Assembly (NCBI GenBank): GCA_015485715.1
Contig: WFTA01000003.1
Coordinates: 1-43,505, forward strand
Direction of reading: 5' to 3'
From: Patescibacteria group bacterium
Lineage (GTDB): Bacteria; Patescibacteriota; Patescibacteriia; WFTA01; S139-112
Length of the DNA: 43,505 nt
A model generated the notes under the pieces. That model did no database searches, was not told the DNA's origin, and worked only from the letters and a program-made list of their open reading frames with translations. Below are positions 19,749 through 27,760 of the stretch, piece after piece; the stretch's first letter is position 1; every line of letters begins with the position of its first letter. The position numbers were made by a program, and so were the translations under genes.

Positions 19749-21161
19749 TTATTCACTTTCATCTTCAGTATCTTTATCCTTTTCTTCTTTATTATTTTCT
19801 TTTATTTCTTTGAATTCAGTTTTCAATCTTACCTCTTCCAAAGGTATGTTATAGGTTGCGGATATATATTGGATGATTTTGTTTCTGTCAATTGTATCCA
19901 GAGAAAATTCATATTCATCTTTAGATGTTTGTATTTTTATTTCAGAATCTTTGTTTGTTATTTCAACTTCTATTTTCCTGAGATAATTTTGTGATGTGTT
20001 GTTATCAGGTGGGGATAGATAGTCTGTGGTTGATGTGGATGAAGTTGCGGGTTGTGGTGGATTTACAGGAATAAATATATTATCTTTATTTTCGTCATCA
20101 TATTTGAATGTTTTTTTATCACCTTCATCATCTTCAGATTTGATCTTTAAAATATCATTCAGATTGGAAATGTTATATTTGGATCTTATATAGTTCTTTA
20201 TTTCATCCATATCTGCAGTTTCAAGAGTAAATTCAACTTCACCTTTGTTTGTTTTAATTTCAATCTTAGATGAGTTTTGATATAGTTTGACCTCCACTTT
20301 TTTAAATACTATGTTTGTGTTTGGGGTGGTTGTAGGGGTGGAGGTTGGATTGACAGGTGCAGACTGGATGAAGCGGTTGACATCTTCAAATTCGTCATCT
20401 TCAGGTTTATATTTTTTAATTTTATTTTTGATTTTGATTTGTCCGTCTTCGCTTTCTATCTCTATTTTTTGTTTTTTATCTCCTTTAATTTCTATTTGAA
20501 ATTTATTTTTATTATCTTCTTTTTCAATCTCCATTTCAAGTCTCCCTATATTTTCCTGCCCGTTTTTCAGAGAATCAACTATGTTCTTTAAAGCTGTTGC
20601 GGCCTGTGTATTTCCTTTTTGCTCCATTTCATTTTTTACTTTTTCAATATAATTTATAGCAATTTGAATAGCCTGACTTATCTTATCATCAGAAGGCACC
20701 ACACTATCTGTTGATGTTGGAGTAGATGTTGCATTTACAGGCAGGGTCGATGTGGCAACAGGCGGGGTGGATGTGTTTTGGGTAATTGGTCCTGCATTTT
20801 TAAGTAGTATGGATATTTCTTCCACTCTTTCTAAAGCAAATTTTATTTTAAGTTTATCTTTTTTATCTTTAGGAGTTATTTTGATTTGGATATCTTCTAT
20901 AGCTCTGTCCAGAGGAAAGAGGAAATCTCCCGGCTTGGCATTATCTGCTGCTTTGACTATTCCAAACGATGAGAGTGTAATTATTAGAATCATAGTTATG
21001 ACTTGAATCATGTTTTTATGGGTTAATAATAAATAGGAAAATGGAGATGCAGGCATATCAATGTTTGCCCGAATGGATTGCCAGATGTCATCCTGTTCTT
21101 TGTTTGATAGGTTCTTGATATTTATTGACTCTAGTTTTTTTTGCAGATTGTCCTTATTCAT
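19749..21161 (-). CDS. Putative anti-sigma factor, DUF5667-type, with Thr/Pro linkers and two repeated C-terminal domains
   Basis: ATGA overlap with the sigma gene; TM helix, then AKPGDFLFPLDRAIE..ERVEE. Confidence 0.75.
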   Translation of the reverse strand: MNKDNLQKKLESINIKNLSNKEQDDIWQSIRANIDMPASPFSYLLLTHKNMIQVITMILIITLSSFGIVKAADNAKPGDFLFPLDRAIEDIQIKITPKDKKDKLKIKFALERVEEISILLKNAGPITQNTSTPPVATSTLPVNATSTPTSTDSVVPSDDKISQAIQIAINYIEKVKNEMEQKGNTQAATALKNIVDSLKNGQENIGRLEMEIEKEDNKNKFQIEIKGDKKQKIEIESEDGQIKIKNKIKKYKPEDDEFEDVNRFIQSAPVNPTSTPTTTPNTNIVFKKVEVKLYQNSSKIEIKTNKGEVEFTLETADMDEIKNYIRSKYNISNLNDILKIKSEDDEGDKKTFKYDDENKDNIFIPVNPPQPATSSTSTTDYLSPPDNNTSQNYLRKIEVEITNKDSEIKIQTSKDEYEFSLDTIDRNKIIQYISATYNIPLEEVRLKTEFKEIKENNKEEKDKDTEDESE

Positions 21162-21691
21162 ATTTTTCCGTTTATAAATTTCTTTAGTTTTTGAACTGCT
21201 CTGTGACACCTTACTTTGGCAGTGTTTTCAGATACTCCAAGCATCTTGCCTATTTCAGAATGACTTAAATCAGAGATAAATCTGAGCTGGATTACCGTCT
21301 GATCTTTTTCTGATAATCGGCTGATTCCTGTCAGCAGTTGATAGTAGTCTTCTTGGGAATCGGTTTCCATGATTTCAGTTATATATTTTTCATCAAATTC
21401 AATATTATGCTTTTTTGTCCTGTAGTATTGATATATTTTTCTTCTGGTAATTAGAAACACAAAACTGTAGAATTTTTTTTCAGAGACAAAGATAAAGCCG
21501 GGTAATCCTTTCCAGACATCTATAAATACCTCTTGAAGAATATCTTTGGCATCCTCCCTGTTTCCTGTCCTGCTTATTATAAAAGCAAACAATGGCTTGC
21601 TGAGATATTGATAGATTTTCTGGAAAGCCTGCTTATCTCCTTTTTTACTTTGTCTTATTAATTCTTTGTTTATCATATTGTGGATCCACAT
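21158..21691 (-). CDS. ECF RNA polymerase sigma factor
   Basis: GDKQAF, DILQEVF (region 2); LSHSEIGKMLGVSENTAKVRCHRA (region 4). Confidence 0.93.
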   Translation of the reverse strand: MWIHNMINKELIRQSKKGDKQAFQKIYQYLSKPLFAFIISRTGNREDAKDILQEVFIDVWKGLPGFIFVSEKKFYSFVFLITRRKIYQYYRTKKHNIEFDEKYITEIMETDSQEDYYQLLTGISRLSEKDQTVIQLRFISDLSHSEIGKMLGVSENTAKVRCHRAVQKLKKFINGKI

Positions 21692-21786
21692 TATTTTTGA
21701 GGCCTCTATTTATATAATGTCATTGTATCATTTAAAGGTTACAAATTGAAATTTTGGCTTAAAATGCGTATAAATTTGTTCATCTC

Positions 21787-21815
21787 TTGTATATTATACG
21801 AACTTGGTGTATAAT
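21787..21815 (+). promoter_or_regulatory. Sigma70-type promoter of the copB operon overlapping a Xer-arm-like site
   Basis: TTGTAT-17 nt-TATAAT, with TTATACGAACT in the spacer. Confidence 0.65.
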
Positions 21816-21841
21816 ATTATATATAATTAATATTATAGTAT

Positions 21842-24010
21842 ATGTCACATACACATTCATGTTGCGGCAACGACCACAACCAAAACCATCACAATATACA
21901 AAAAAGCCACAAAAATAACAATAAAAAAACACAAGGTTATTATACCTGCCCTATGCACCCTGAGATAAAAAGCAAAAACGAAGGTATGTGCCCTGAATGC
22001 GGGATGAAGCTTGTGTTTGTGGAAGATAAATCACACAAAGAAGATGATTTTGATAAACATAAGGGACATAAAACAAATATATTTAAAATGAAATTTTGGG
22101 TTAGCTTGATATTAAGTATTCCGGTTGTTGCATATTCTGATATTACTCAACAGCTCTTGAGGTGGACAGCTCCACAGTTTCCTTTTTCTGATTATCTTCC
22201 TTTTATACTTTCCACTATTATATTCTTTTATGGCGGCTGGGTGTTCATACAAAGCGCATTTAGAGAGCTAAAGGCAAAGATGCCGGGCATGATGACGCTT
22301 ATTGCGATCGCTATTTCTGTTGCATATCTTTATAGTATATATGTAGTATTCTCAGGCAATGGTAGAGATCTTTTCTGGGAGCTTTCAACCCTTATTACTG
22401 TAATGCTTTTAGGTCACTGGCTTGAGATGAGGGCAGTGACAGGCGCCCAGAGTGCTCTTAAGGAGCTGACCAAACTTCTGCCTGAGAAGGCTTATGTTGA
22501 AAGAGACGGCAAAGAAATAGAGATTGATATATCAGAGCTTAAGGCAGAAGATGTGGTTATCATCAAGCCGGGATCAAGAGTGCCGGCAGACGGAGTTATT
22601 ATAGAAGGACAGTCAGAGGTAGATGAGTCTATAGTTACAGGTGAATCAAAATTGGTAGACAAGAAGAAAGGAGATGAGGTTATAGCAGGAACTATCAACA
22701 GCGACGGTCTCTTAAAGGTTAAAGTAACCAAAATAGGTGAAGATACTTTTCTAGCAAATGTTATCAGGTTGGTACAGGAGGCTCAGGCATCAAAATCAAG
22801 ACTTCAGCTTCTATCAGACAGAGCAGCGTATTATTTGACTATAGTTGCAGTGGTTGTAGGTGGTGTTACTTTAGCCGCTTGGACTGCGGCCGGAGATTTT
22901 GCTTTTGCTGTGGAGAGAGTTGTAGCAGTTTTGGTAATTGCCTGTCCGCATGCTTTGGGTCTGGCTGTACCTCTGGTAGCTTCCATATCCACCACTAAAG
23001 CAGCTCAGAGCGGATTTTTGGTCAAGCAAAGACTTGCACTGGAGGCAGCCAGAAATATAGATGTGGTGTTGTTTGATAAAACAGGAACGCTTACCAAAGG
23101 AGAATTTGGAGTATCAGAAGTTTTTGGTATTGGTGCAGAAAGTGATGATGTTTTGACACTTGCTGCATCTGTAAACAAGTATTCTGAGCATCCGCTGGCT
23201 GTAGCTATTGTAAAGGAAGCAAGGAAAAGGAATCTGGAGTTAAAAAATGTAAAAGATTTTCAGAGAATACCTGGAAAAGGGGCAAGAGCTTTATGGGAGG
23301 GAAAAGAGATAGTTGTTGGCAGTCCTAAACTACTTGAAGAAAAGGGTGCTGTGATAAGTGATACAGATAAGAAAAAGATGTCAGAATATTCATCCAAAGG
23401 ACATACAGTGGTTTATGTATTTGTTGATGATGAGCTTAAGGGGGCTATAGCTCTGGCAGATATTATAAGGGAAGAGTCCAAAGAAGCAGTAAAGAGCCTG
23501 CATCAAATGGGCATTAAAACTTCTATGATTACAGGAGATGATGAGGATGTAGCTAAATGGGTTGCAAAAGAAATAGGTTTGGATAGCTATTTTGCCAAAG
23601 TTTTGCCTGAGGACAAGGTAAATAAAGTAAAAGAGCTCCAAAGCAAAGGCTTGAAAGTGGCTATGGTTGGAGATGGTGTAAATGACGCCCCTGCTTTAAT
23701 GCAGGCAGATTTAGGTATAGCTATAGGTGCAGGGACAAATGTAGCTATAGAGTCTGCAGGGATTATTTTGGTAAAGAACGATCCCAGAGATATAGTTCGG
23801 GTTATAAAACTGTCAAGATTGACTTATTCCAAAATGATTCAAAATTTGTGGTGGGCAGCAGGATATAATATAGTTGCCATTCCTCTTGCAGCAGGTATTC
23901 TTGCGTTTAAGGGAATTTTGCTGCAGCCTGCTGTGGCAGCGGTTTTAATGTCCCTGTCAACAGTTATTGTATCATTTAATGCTGTACTGCTTAGAAATAA
24001 AAAAATATAG
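21842..24010 (+). CDS. copB: Copper-translocating P1B-type ATPase (CopB/P1B-3 type)
   Basis: CPH, DKTGT, TGES, SEHP, GDGVND, YN and MSLST motifs; His-rich N-terminus plus YTCPMHP..CPECGM domain. Confidence 0.92.
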   Translation: MSHTHSCCGNDHNQNHHNIQKSHKNNNKKTQGYYTCPMHPEIKSKNEGMCPECGMKLVFVEDKSHKEDDFDKHKGHKTNIFKMKFWVSLILSIPVVAYSDITQQLLRWTAPQFPFSDYLPFILSTIIFFYGGWVFIQSAFRELKAKMPGMMTLIAIAISVAYLYSIYVVFSGNGRDLFWELSTLITVMLLGHWLEMRAVTGAQSALKELTKLLPEKAYVERDGKEIEIDISELKAEDVVIIKPGSRVPADGVIIEGQSEVDESIVTGESKLVDKKKGDEVIAGTINSDGLLKVKVTKIGEDTFLANVIRLVQEAQASKSRLQLLSDRAAYYLTIVAVVVGGVTLAAWTAAGDFAFAVERVVAVLVIACPHALGLAVPLVASISTTKAAQSGFLVKQRLALEAARNIDVVLFDKTGTLTKGEFGVSEVFGIGAESDDVLTLAASVNKYSEHPLAVAIVKEARKRNLELKNVKDFQRIPGKGARALWEGKEIVVGSPKLLEEKGAVISDTDKKKMSEYSSKGHTVVYVFVDDELKGAIALADIIREESKEAVKSLHQMGIKTSMITGDDEDVAKWVAKEIGLDSYFAKVLPEDKVNKVKELQSKGLKVAMVGDGVNDAPALMQADLGIAIGAGTNVAIESAGIILVKNDPRDIVRVIKLSRLTYSKMIQNLWWAAGYNIVAIPLAAGILAFKGILLQPAVAAVLMSLSTVIVSFNAVLLRNKKI

Positions 24011-24013
24011 TGT

Positions 24014-24814
24014 ATGAACAGGAAAGTAGCTCTATATGTATACAAAATGGAAGAATACCTGAAAAAATTAAAGTATAGTCCCAGTACTATAAAGATGTAT
24101 AAATCAGTTATACTTGATTATTACAATAATTGTGCCTGCAGAAGTATATGCAGGTGTGATCCCTGCAGATGCACCAGACAAGATATTGAAAGATTTGTTA
24201 AGATTAAAAAGAGTCAGGGAAGAAGCTCAAGAACCTTGAATTTATATATAAATATTTTCAGGCTTTTCTTTGAGAAGATAGTGGGTGTTAACAATATAAA
24301 TATTCCCTATGAAAAGATCAATCCAAAGAGGAAATTAAAGACGATTACAGAAAAGCAGTTTAATGCTTTATTGAAATCAGATATTGATGATAAATACAAA
24401 ATGGCTATATTTTTGTCTTTCAGAATAGGTCTTTCTTTGTCTGAAATTGTCAACCTGAAAATATCTGATTTTAATAGAAAAAAAGAGTGCTTGTATGTAA
24501 GAGGAACCAATAGAGAAATAAAGAGAGTGGTTTATCTGCCTGATGATGTTTTGATGATTACAGGCAGGTATGTTTTGGGTCGAAGTAAAGATGAATATTT
24601 AATATCAGGCAAGTCAGGAGGAAGGATATCAGAAAGGGCAGTACAGAAGGAGTTTAAAAAAGCCTGCAGATATGCAGGAATAAACAATGTGAGTTTTTCT
24701 GCATTAAGAGATACTTTTATTTTTAACCTAAAAGCCAATGGGGTAAAGGACAGTGATTTGATGCAGATTTTGGGATTAAAAAATCCGCGCACTGTAAAAA
24801 GGTATATAATTTAA
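24014..24814 (+). CDS. Xer/tyrosine recombinase-family protein with degenerate catalytic residues and CxC-rich insert
   Basis: SAM-like N-domain (YSPSTIKMY, SSRTLNLY). GLSLSE replaces GLRxSE, FSALRD replaces FHxLRH, LGL replaces LGH; Tyr is retained. Insert CACRSICRCDPCRC. Confidence 0.85.
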   Translation: MNRKVALYVYKMEEYLKKLKYSPSTIKMYKSVILDYYNNCACRSICRCDPCRCTRQDIERFVKIKKSQGRSSRTLNLYINIFRLFFEKIVGVNNINIPYEKINPKRKLKTITEKQFNALLKSDIDDKYKMAIFLSFRIGLSLSEIVNLKISDFNRKKECLYVRGTNREIKRVVYLPDDVLMITGRYVLGRSKDEYLISGKSGGRISERAVQKEFKKACRYAGINNVSFSALRDTFIFNLKANGVKDSDLMQILGLKNPRTVKRYII

Positions 24815-24860
24815 AGGTCGTTTTATAATAATTATTTATAATTTAAATTATCTAAAATAT

Positions 24861-25118
24861 ATGAAAATAAATATTAAAAAACTAGGCTATACACTTTCCA
24901 CGTTTTTTGTCTTGGGGTATTTTGTTGATTATGGCTGGCATTTGACTATGTCTCCTGAACAAAAGGACTTGTATCTGCAGATTTTAAAGATGTTCTATTT
25001 GGGTTTTTCCGGCTTTAATCTGGCCAGTTTTATACTTGGTCTGATTCAGATATATATCTGGGGCTGGCTAACAGCTTTGGTTTTTGGATGGTTGTGGAAC
25101 TATTTTCACAAGGATTAG
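24861..25118 (+). CDS. Small 2-TM membrane protein (DUF5676-like)
   Basis: Similar to 18984-19250. Confidence 0.75.
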   Translation: MKINIKKLGYTLSTFFVLGYFVDYGWHLTMSPEQKDLYLQILKMFYLGFSGFNLASFILGLIQIYIWGWLTALVFGWLWNYFHKD

Positions 25119-25142
25119 GGGTTGGAAGGAAGGAAATTTGAG

Positions 25143-25174
25143 ACAGGGGACAGAAATCCCCTGTTTTGTTTTTT
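25143..25174 (+). terminator. Intrinsic terminator of the copB operon
   Basis: ACAGGGGA-CAGAAA-TCCCCTGT followed by a T-rich tract. Confidence 0.8.
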
Positions 25175-25285
25175 AAGGGTTTGGGTTGGGGTGTGATATA
25201 AAACATGGTTATTGTAGTGATAAATTTTGGGTTTAGCGAATAAAAATTTTTACTCAATAAACATAAGTATAATTTAATCCAAAGG

Positions 25286-25313
25286 AATTCCCCGCAGCTT
25301 GCTGCAGGATAGT
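25286..25313. repeat. REP-like GC-rich palindrome
   Basis: AATTCCCCGCAGC-TT-GCTGCAGGATAG, an isolated GC hairpin in AT-rich spacer. Confidence 0.55.
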
Positions 25314-25405
25314 TTATTTTGTATTTTGAATTTACCTGATTGAGGGGTATGATATAATTTAGTAAAGGTCGTAGCAATAATTTAAGGAATAGCTAAGTAT
25401 AAATT

Positions 25406-25777
25406 ATGAATAAAAAGAGTTTGTATTTAATTATTGCATCAGTTTTGATTATAGTAATTGCTGTCATTGTGTTTAAGGGGGATAAGGCACCTGATAGTAC
25501 ACAAGAAAAAGAGGAAAAGGCTCAAGAAGCAGTATATACTATGGAAGAAGTGACAAAACACAACACTAGAGATGATTGTTGGATGGTTATAAATGGTAGT
25601 GTATACGATGTTACAAAATTTATTATTTCTCATCCGGGCGGACCAGCAATTTTACAAGGTTGTGGAAAAGATGCAACAGAGCTTTTTGAAACAAGACCTA
25701 TGGGATCAGGTACCCCACACTCTGAAAGAGCTAGAAAATTAAGGGAAAAGTATAAAATAGGAAGACTTGCTGAGTAG
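25406..25777 (+). CDS. Membrane-anchored cytochrome b5-like heme-binding protein
   Basis: YTMEEVTKHN..DCW..VYDVTKF..HPGG..GKDAT..HS. Confidence 0.92.
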   Translation: MNKKSLYLIIASVLIIVIAVIVFKGDKAPDSTQEKEEKAQEAVYTMEEVTKHNTRDDCWMVINGSVYDVTKFIISHPGGPAILQGCGKDATELFETRPMGSGTPHSERARKLREKYKIGRLAE

Positions 25778-25793
25778 TAAAATAAATATACCC

Positions 25794-25817
25794 AAAACCC
25801 GCTTTCAGGCGGGTTTT
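25794..25817. terminator. Bidirectional intrinsic terminator
   Basis: AAAACCCGC-TTTCAG-GCGGGTTTT between convergent genes. Confidence 0.85.
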
Positions 25818-25819
25818 AT

Positions 25820-26101
25820 TTATTCTTCAACAAATTTTTTTGAGGGAAAATAAAGTTGGTTGTTTATTTTCCATTTATCCACATATCTTCCTATACCGTC
25901 TTGGTCCCTTTTTGCCTGCCTTAAAGGTGTTTTTTGGGACCAGATGACCAGACTTTCAAAATCTATTTTATATCTTCCTTTAACCACTACATATCTCACT
26001 TCATTGTTTTTGATAGCTTCTCTGATAGTTTTTTCACTAACTCCAAAAAGCTTTGCTGCCTGACTTATGGATACTCTGATAGGCATTTTTTTGTCTGACA
26101 T
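25820..26101 (-). CDS. Excisionase/BldC-like winged HTH DNA-binding protein
   Basis: VSISQAAKLFGVSEKTIREAIKNNEV..GRYKI. Confidence 0.85.
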   Translation of the reverse strand: MSDKKMPIRVSISQAAKLFGVSEKTIREAIKNNEVRYVVVKGRYKIDFESLVIWSQKTPLRQAKRDQDGIGRYVDKWKINNQLYFPSKKFVEE

Positions 26102-26121
26102 ACTATTTTCTGAATTTTAAA

Positions 26122-26203
26122 AACTTCTAGAATATTCTAGAAGTAACTTCTAGAATATTCTACACTTTTTTATAATTTTATATTATTTAAAATATTGTGT
26201 CAA
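26122..26203 (-). promoter_or_regulatory. Promoter of the HTH gene with downstream TTCTAGAA repeat array
   Basis: Minus strand TTGACA (26198-26203)-17 nt-TAAAAT (26175-26180); 22-bp palindrome at 26123-26144 plus a direct repeat. Confidence 0.75.
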
Positions 26204-26291
26204 TAAGGTGAGATTTGCTTTAATATAGTAAAAATATATAATTTGAATAATGTTATTTTGTAACATTTTTCCATTAATTTAGTTATATTAA

Positions 26292-26816
26292 ATGAAAGCT
26301 AAAAACGAAAAATTAATCCTAACACGTCTGAAATCTGGAGATAAAGAAGCATATAGTGAGATTTATTATTTATATGTAGATGCAATATTCAGGTTTATAT
26401 TTTTCAGGACTGGAAACAGAGAAACAGCTGAAGATCTGACACAAGAAGTGTTTCTAAAATTTATAGAGATTGTTGATAAAGAGCACATTACACAGATCAG
26501 ACCATATCTTTATAGAATAGCCAGAAATTTAGTAATTGATTATTATAAAAAATCTGATAGTAATGTTCAGATAGAAAAAGTTGAGTATAGGCTGACAGAA
26601 GAGGGAAAGACTGAAGCAGAGGCAGAATTAGCTATCACGCAAAAAGCACTTTTTAGGCTAAAAGAAGAATGGCGAGAACTGATTATAATGAAGCATGTAG
26701 ATGGTCTTTCTCATAATGAAATCGCAAAAGTATTAGGAAAATCAAATGTATATATAAGGGTTAATCTGCATCGCGCCGTAAAGGCTTTAAAAAATATTTT
26801 AGAAGAGAATGAATAA
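26292..26816 (+). CDS. ECF RNA polymerase sigma factor
   Basis: GDKEAY, AEDLTQEVF, YRIARN, LSHNEIAKVLGKS..RVNLHRA. Confidence 0.93.
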   Translation: MKAKNEKLILTRLKSGDKEAYSEIYYLYVDAIFRFIFFRTGNRETAEDLTQEVFLKFIEIVDKEHITQIRPYLYRIARNLVIDYYKKSDSNVQIEKVEYRLTEEGKTEAEAELAITQKALFRLKEEWRELIIMKHVDGLSHNEIAKVLGKSNVYIRVNLHRAVKALKNILEENE

Positions 26817-27726
26817 AAAACTTCAGAAAAAATTAAATAATCTATCCAAAATCAAAATCTCTGATGAGGCTAAAGAGAGAGGTTTTGATATTTTAATGCA
26901 AAAGGTGGCAGAAAGGGATGTTGTTTTAAATCAATATGTTGTGAAGAAGGGATTTGGTATTAGTCAGGTTTTAAATGTGATTAGATTTAGATTTGTATAT
27001 ATAGCAGCTGTTGTGCTGCTTATTTTTATTGGAGGAGGGTATGTTCAAAGTCAGATAGACAATTCATTACCTGATAATGAGTCTTTATATACTGTAAAGA
27101 GGGCACTGGAGAAGGCACAGGTAACTTTAAGTTTTAATTCTGACAAAAAAGCTCAGGTGATGGTTGGGTTTTTGGATAAAAGAGCAAAGGAAATAAATAA
27201 AATATTAGAGAAACCAGATAAAAATGTTGCCAAAAAGGTGGGTAAAGCAATACAAACCACCAAAGATGATGTAGAAAATATTAAAAAATATTTGGATAAA
27301 AAGGATAATAGTGCAATCCAAGATAAAGCAAGGGAAAAAGCTCTGGAGTTTAAGATAGTATTGGAGAATATAGTTGACAGTCTCCCTGAAGAAGTAGAAG
27401 ACGAGCTTAAAAAAGAAATTGATGCACTGAATAAGGAGCTGGGTTCTATTATAAAAGAAGAAAATGATAATAATCAGGAGAGTGATGCAGAGCAATCTCT
27501 GGAAGGACAGGATGGTCAGGATGAAAACGGTGATTTTGATGTTGTGACCAGCAAACCAACTACAACAACAAGTACATTACCAGCAGATTTGGATTTAGAG
27601 CAGGAGAATGACGAGAAATCAACATCTACATCAGATGAAACTGGTGTTGGAGAACAGAAAGATAATGAAGATCAGGAGGAATTTTCAGTGGAAAAGGATA
27701 CATTTGAGGTATATATAGGAAAGTAG
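26809..27726 (+). CDS. Putative anti-sigma factor, DUF5667-type
   Basis: Overlaps the sigma gene; TM helix, then SLPDNESLYTVKRALE; acidic tail. Confidence 0.75.
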   Translation: MNKKLQKKLNNLSKIKISDEAKERGFDILMQKVAERDVVLNQYVVKKGFGISQVLNVIRFRFVYIAAVVLLIFIGGGYVQSQIDNSLPDNESLYTVKRALEKAQVTLSFNSDKKAQVMVGFLDKRAKEINKILEKPDKNVAKKVGKAIQTTKDDVENIKKYLDKKDNSAIQDKAREKALEFKIVLENIVDSLPEEVEDELKKEIDALNKELGSIIKEENDNNQESDAEQSLEGQDGQDENGDFDVVTSKPTTTTSTLPADLDLEQENDEKSTSTSDETGVGEQKDNEDQEEFSVEKDTFEVYIGK

Positions 27727-27760
27727 TTGTTTGAATGAATTGAATTTGTGGATTAGTAGA

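Noticed and set aside
21777..21804. Functional chromosomal dif or loxP site
   Set aside because: The two good arms are 20 nt apart; at 6-nt spacing the partner arm is poor and there is no TTATGTTAAAT XerD arm.
25333..25350. Second full CsoR operator (also 42440-42458)
   Set aside because: Half-site spacing is 2 nt longer than at 13874-13890 and the C/G tracts are incomplete.
24014..26101. Active integrative element (integrase plus excisionase)
   Set aside because: The recombinase lacks catalytic residues, and there are no att direct repeats, tRNA target, or phage/conjugation genes. An ancient island origin cannot be excluded.
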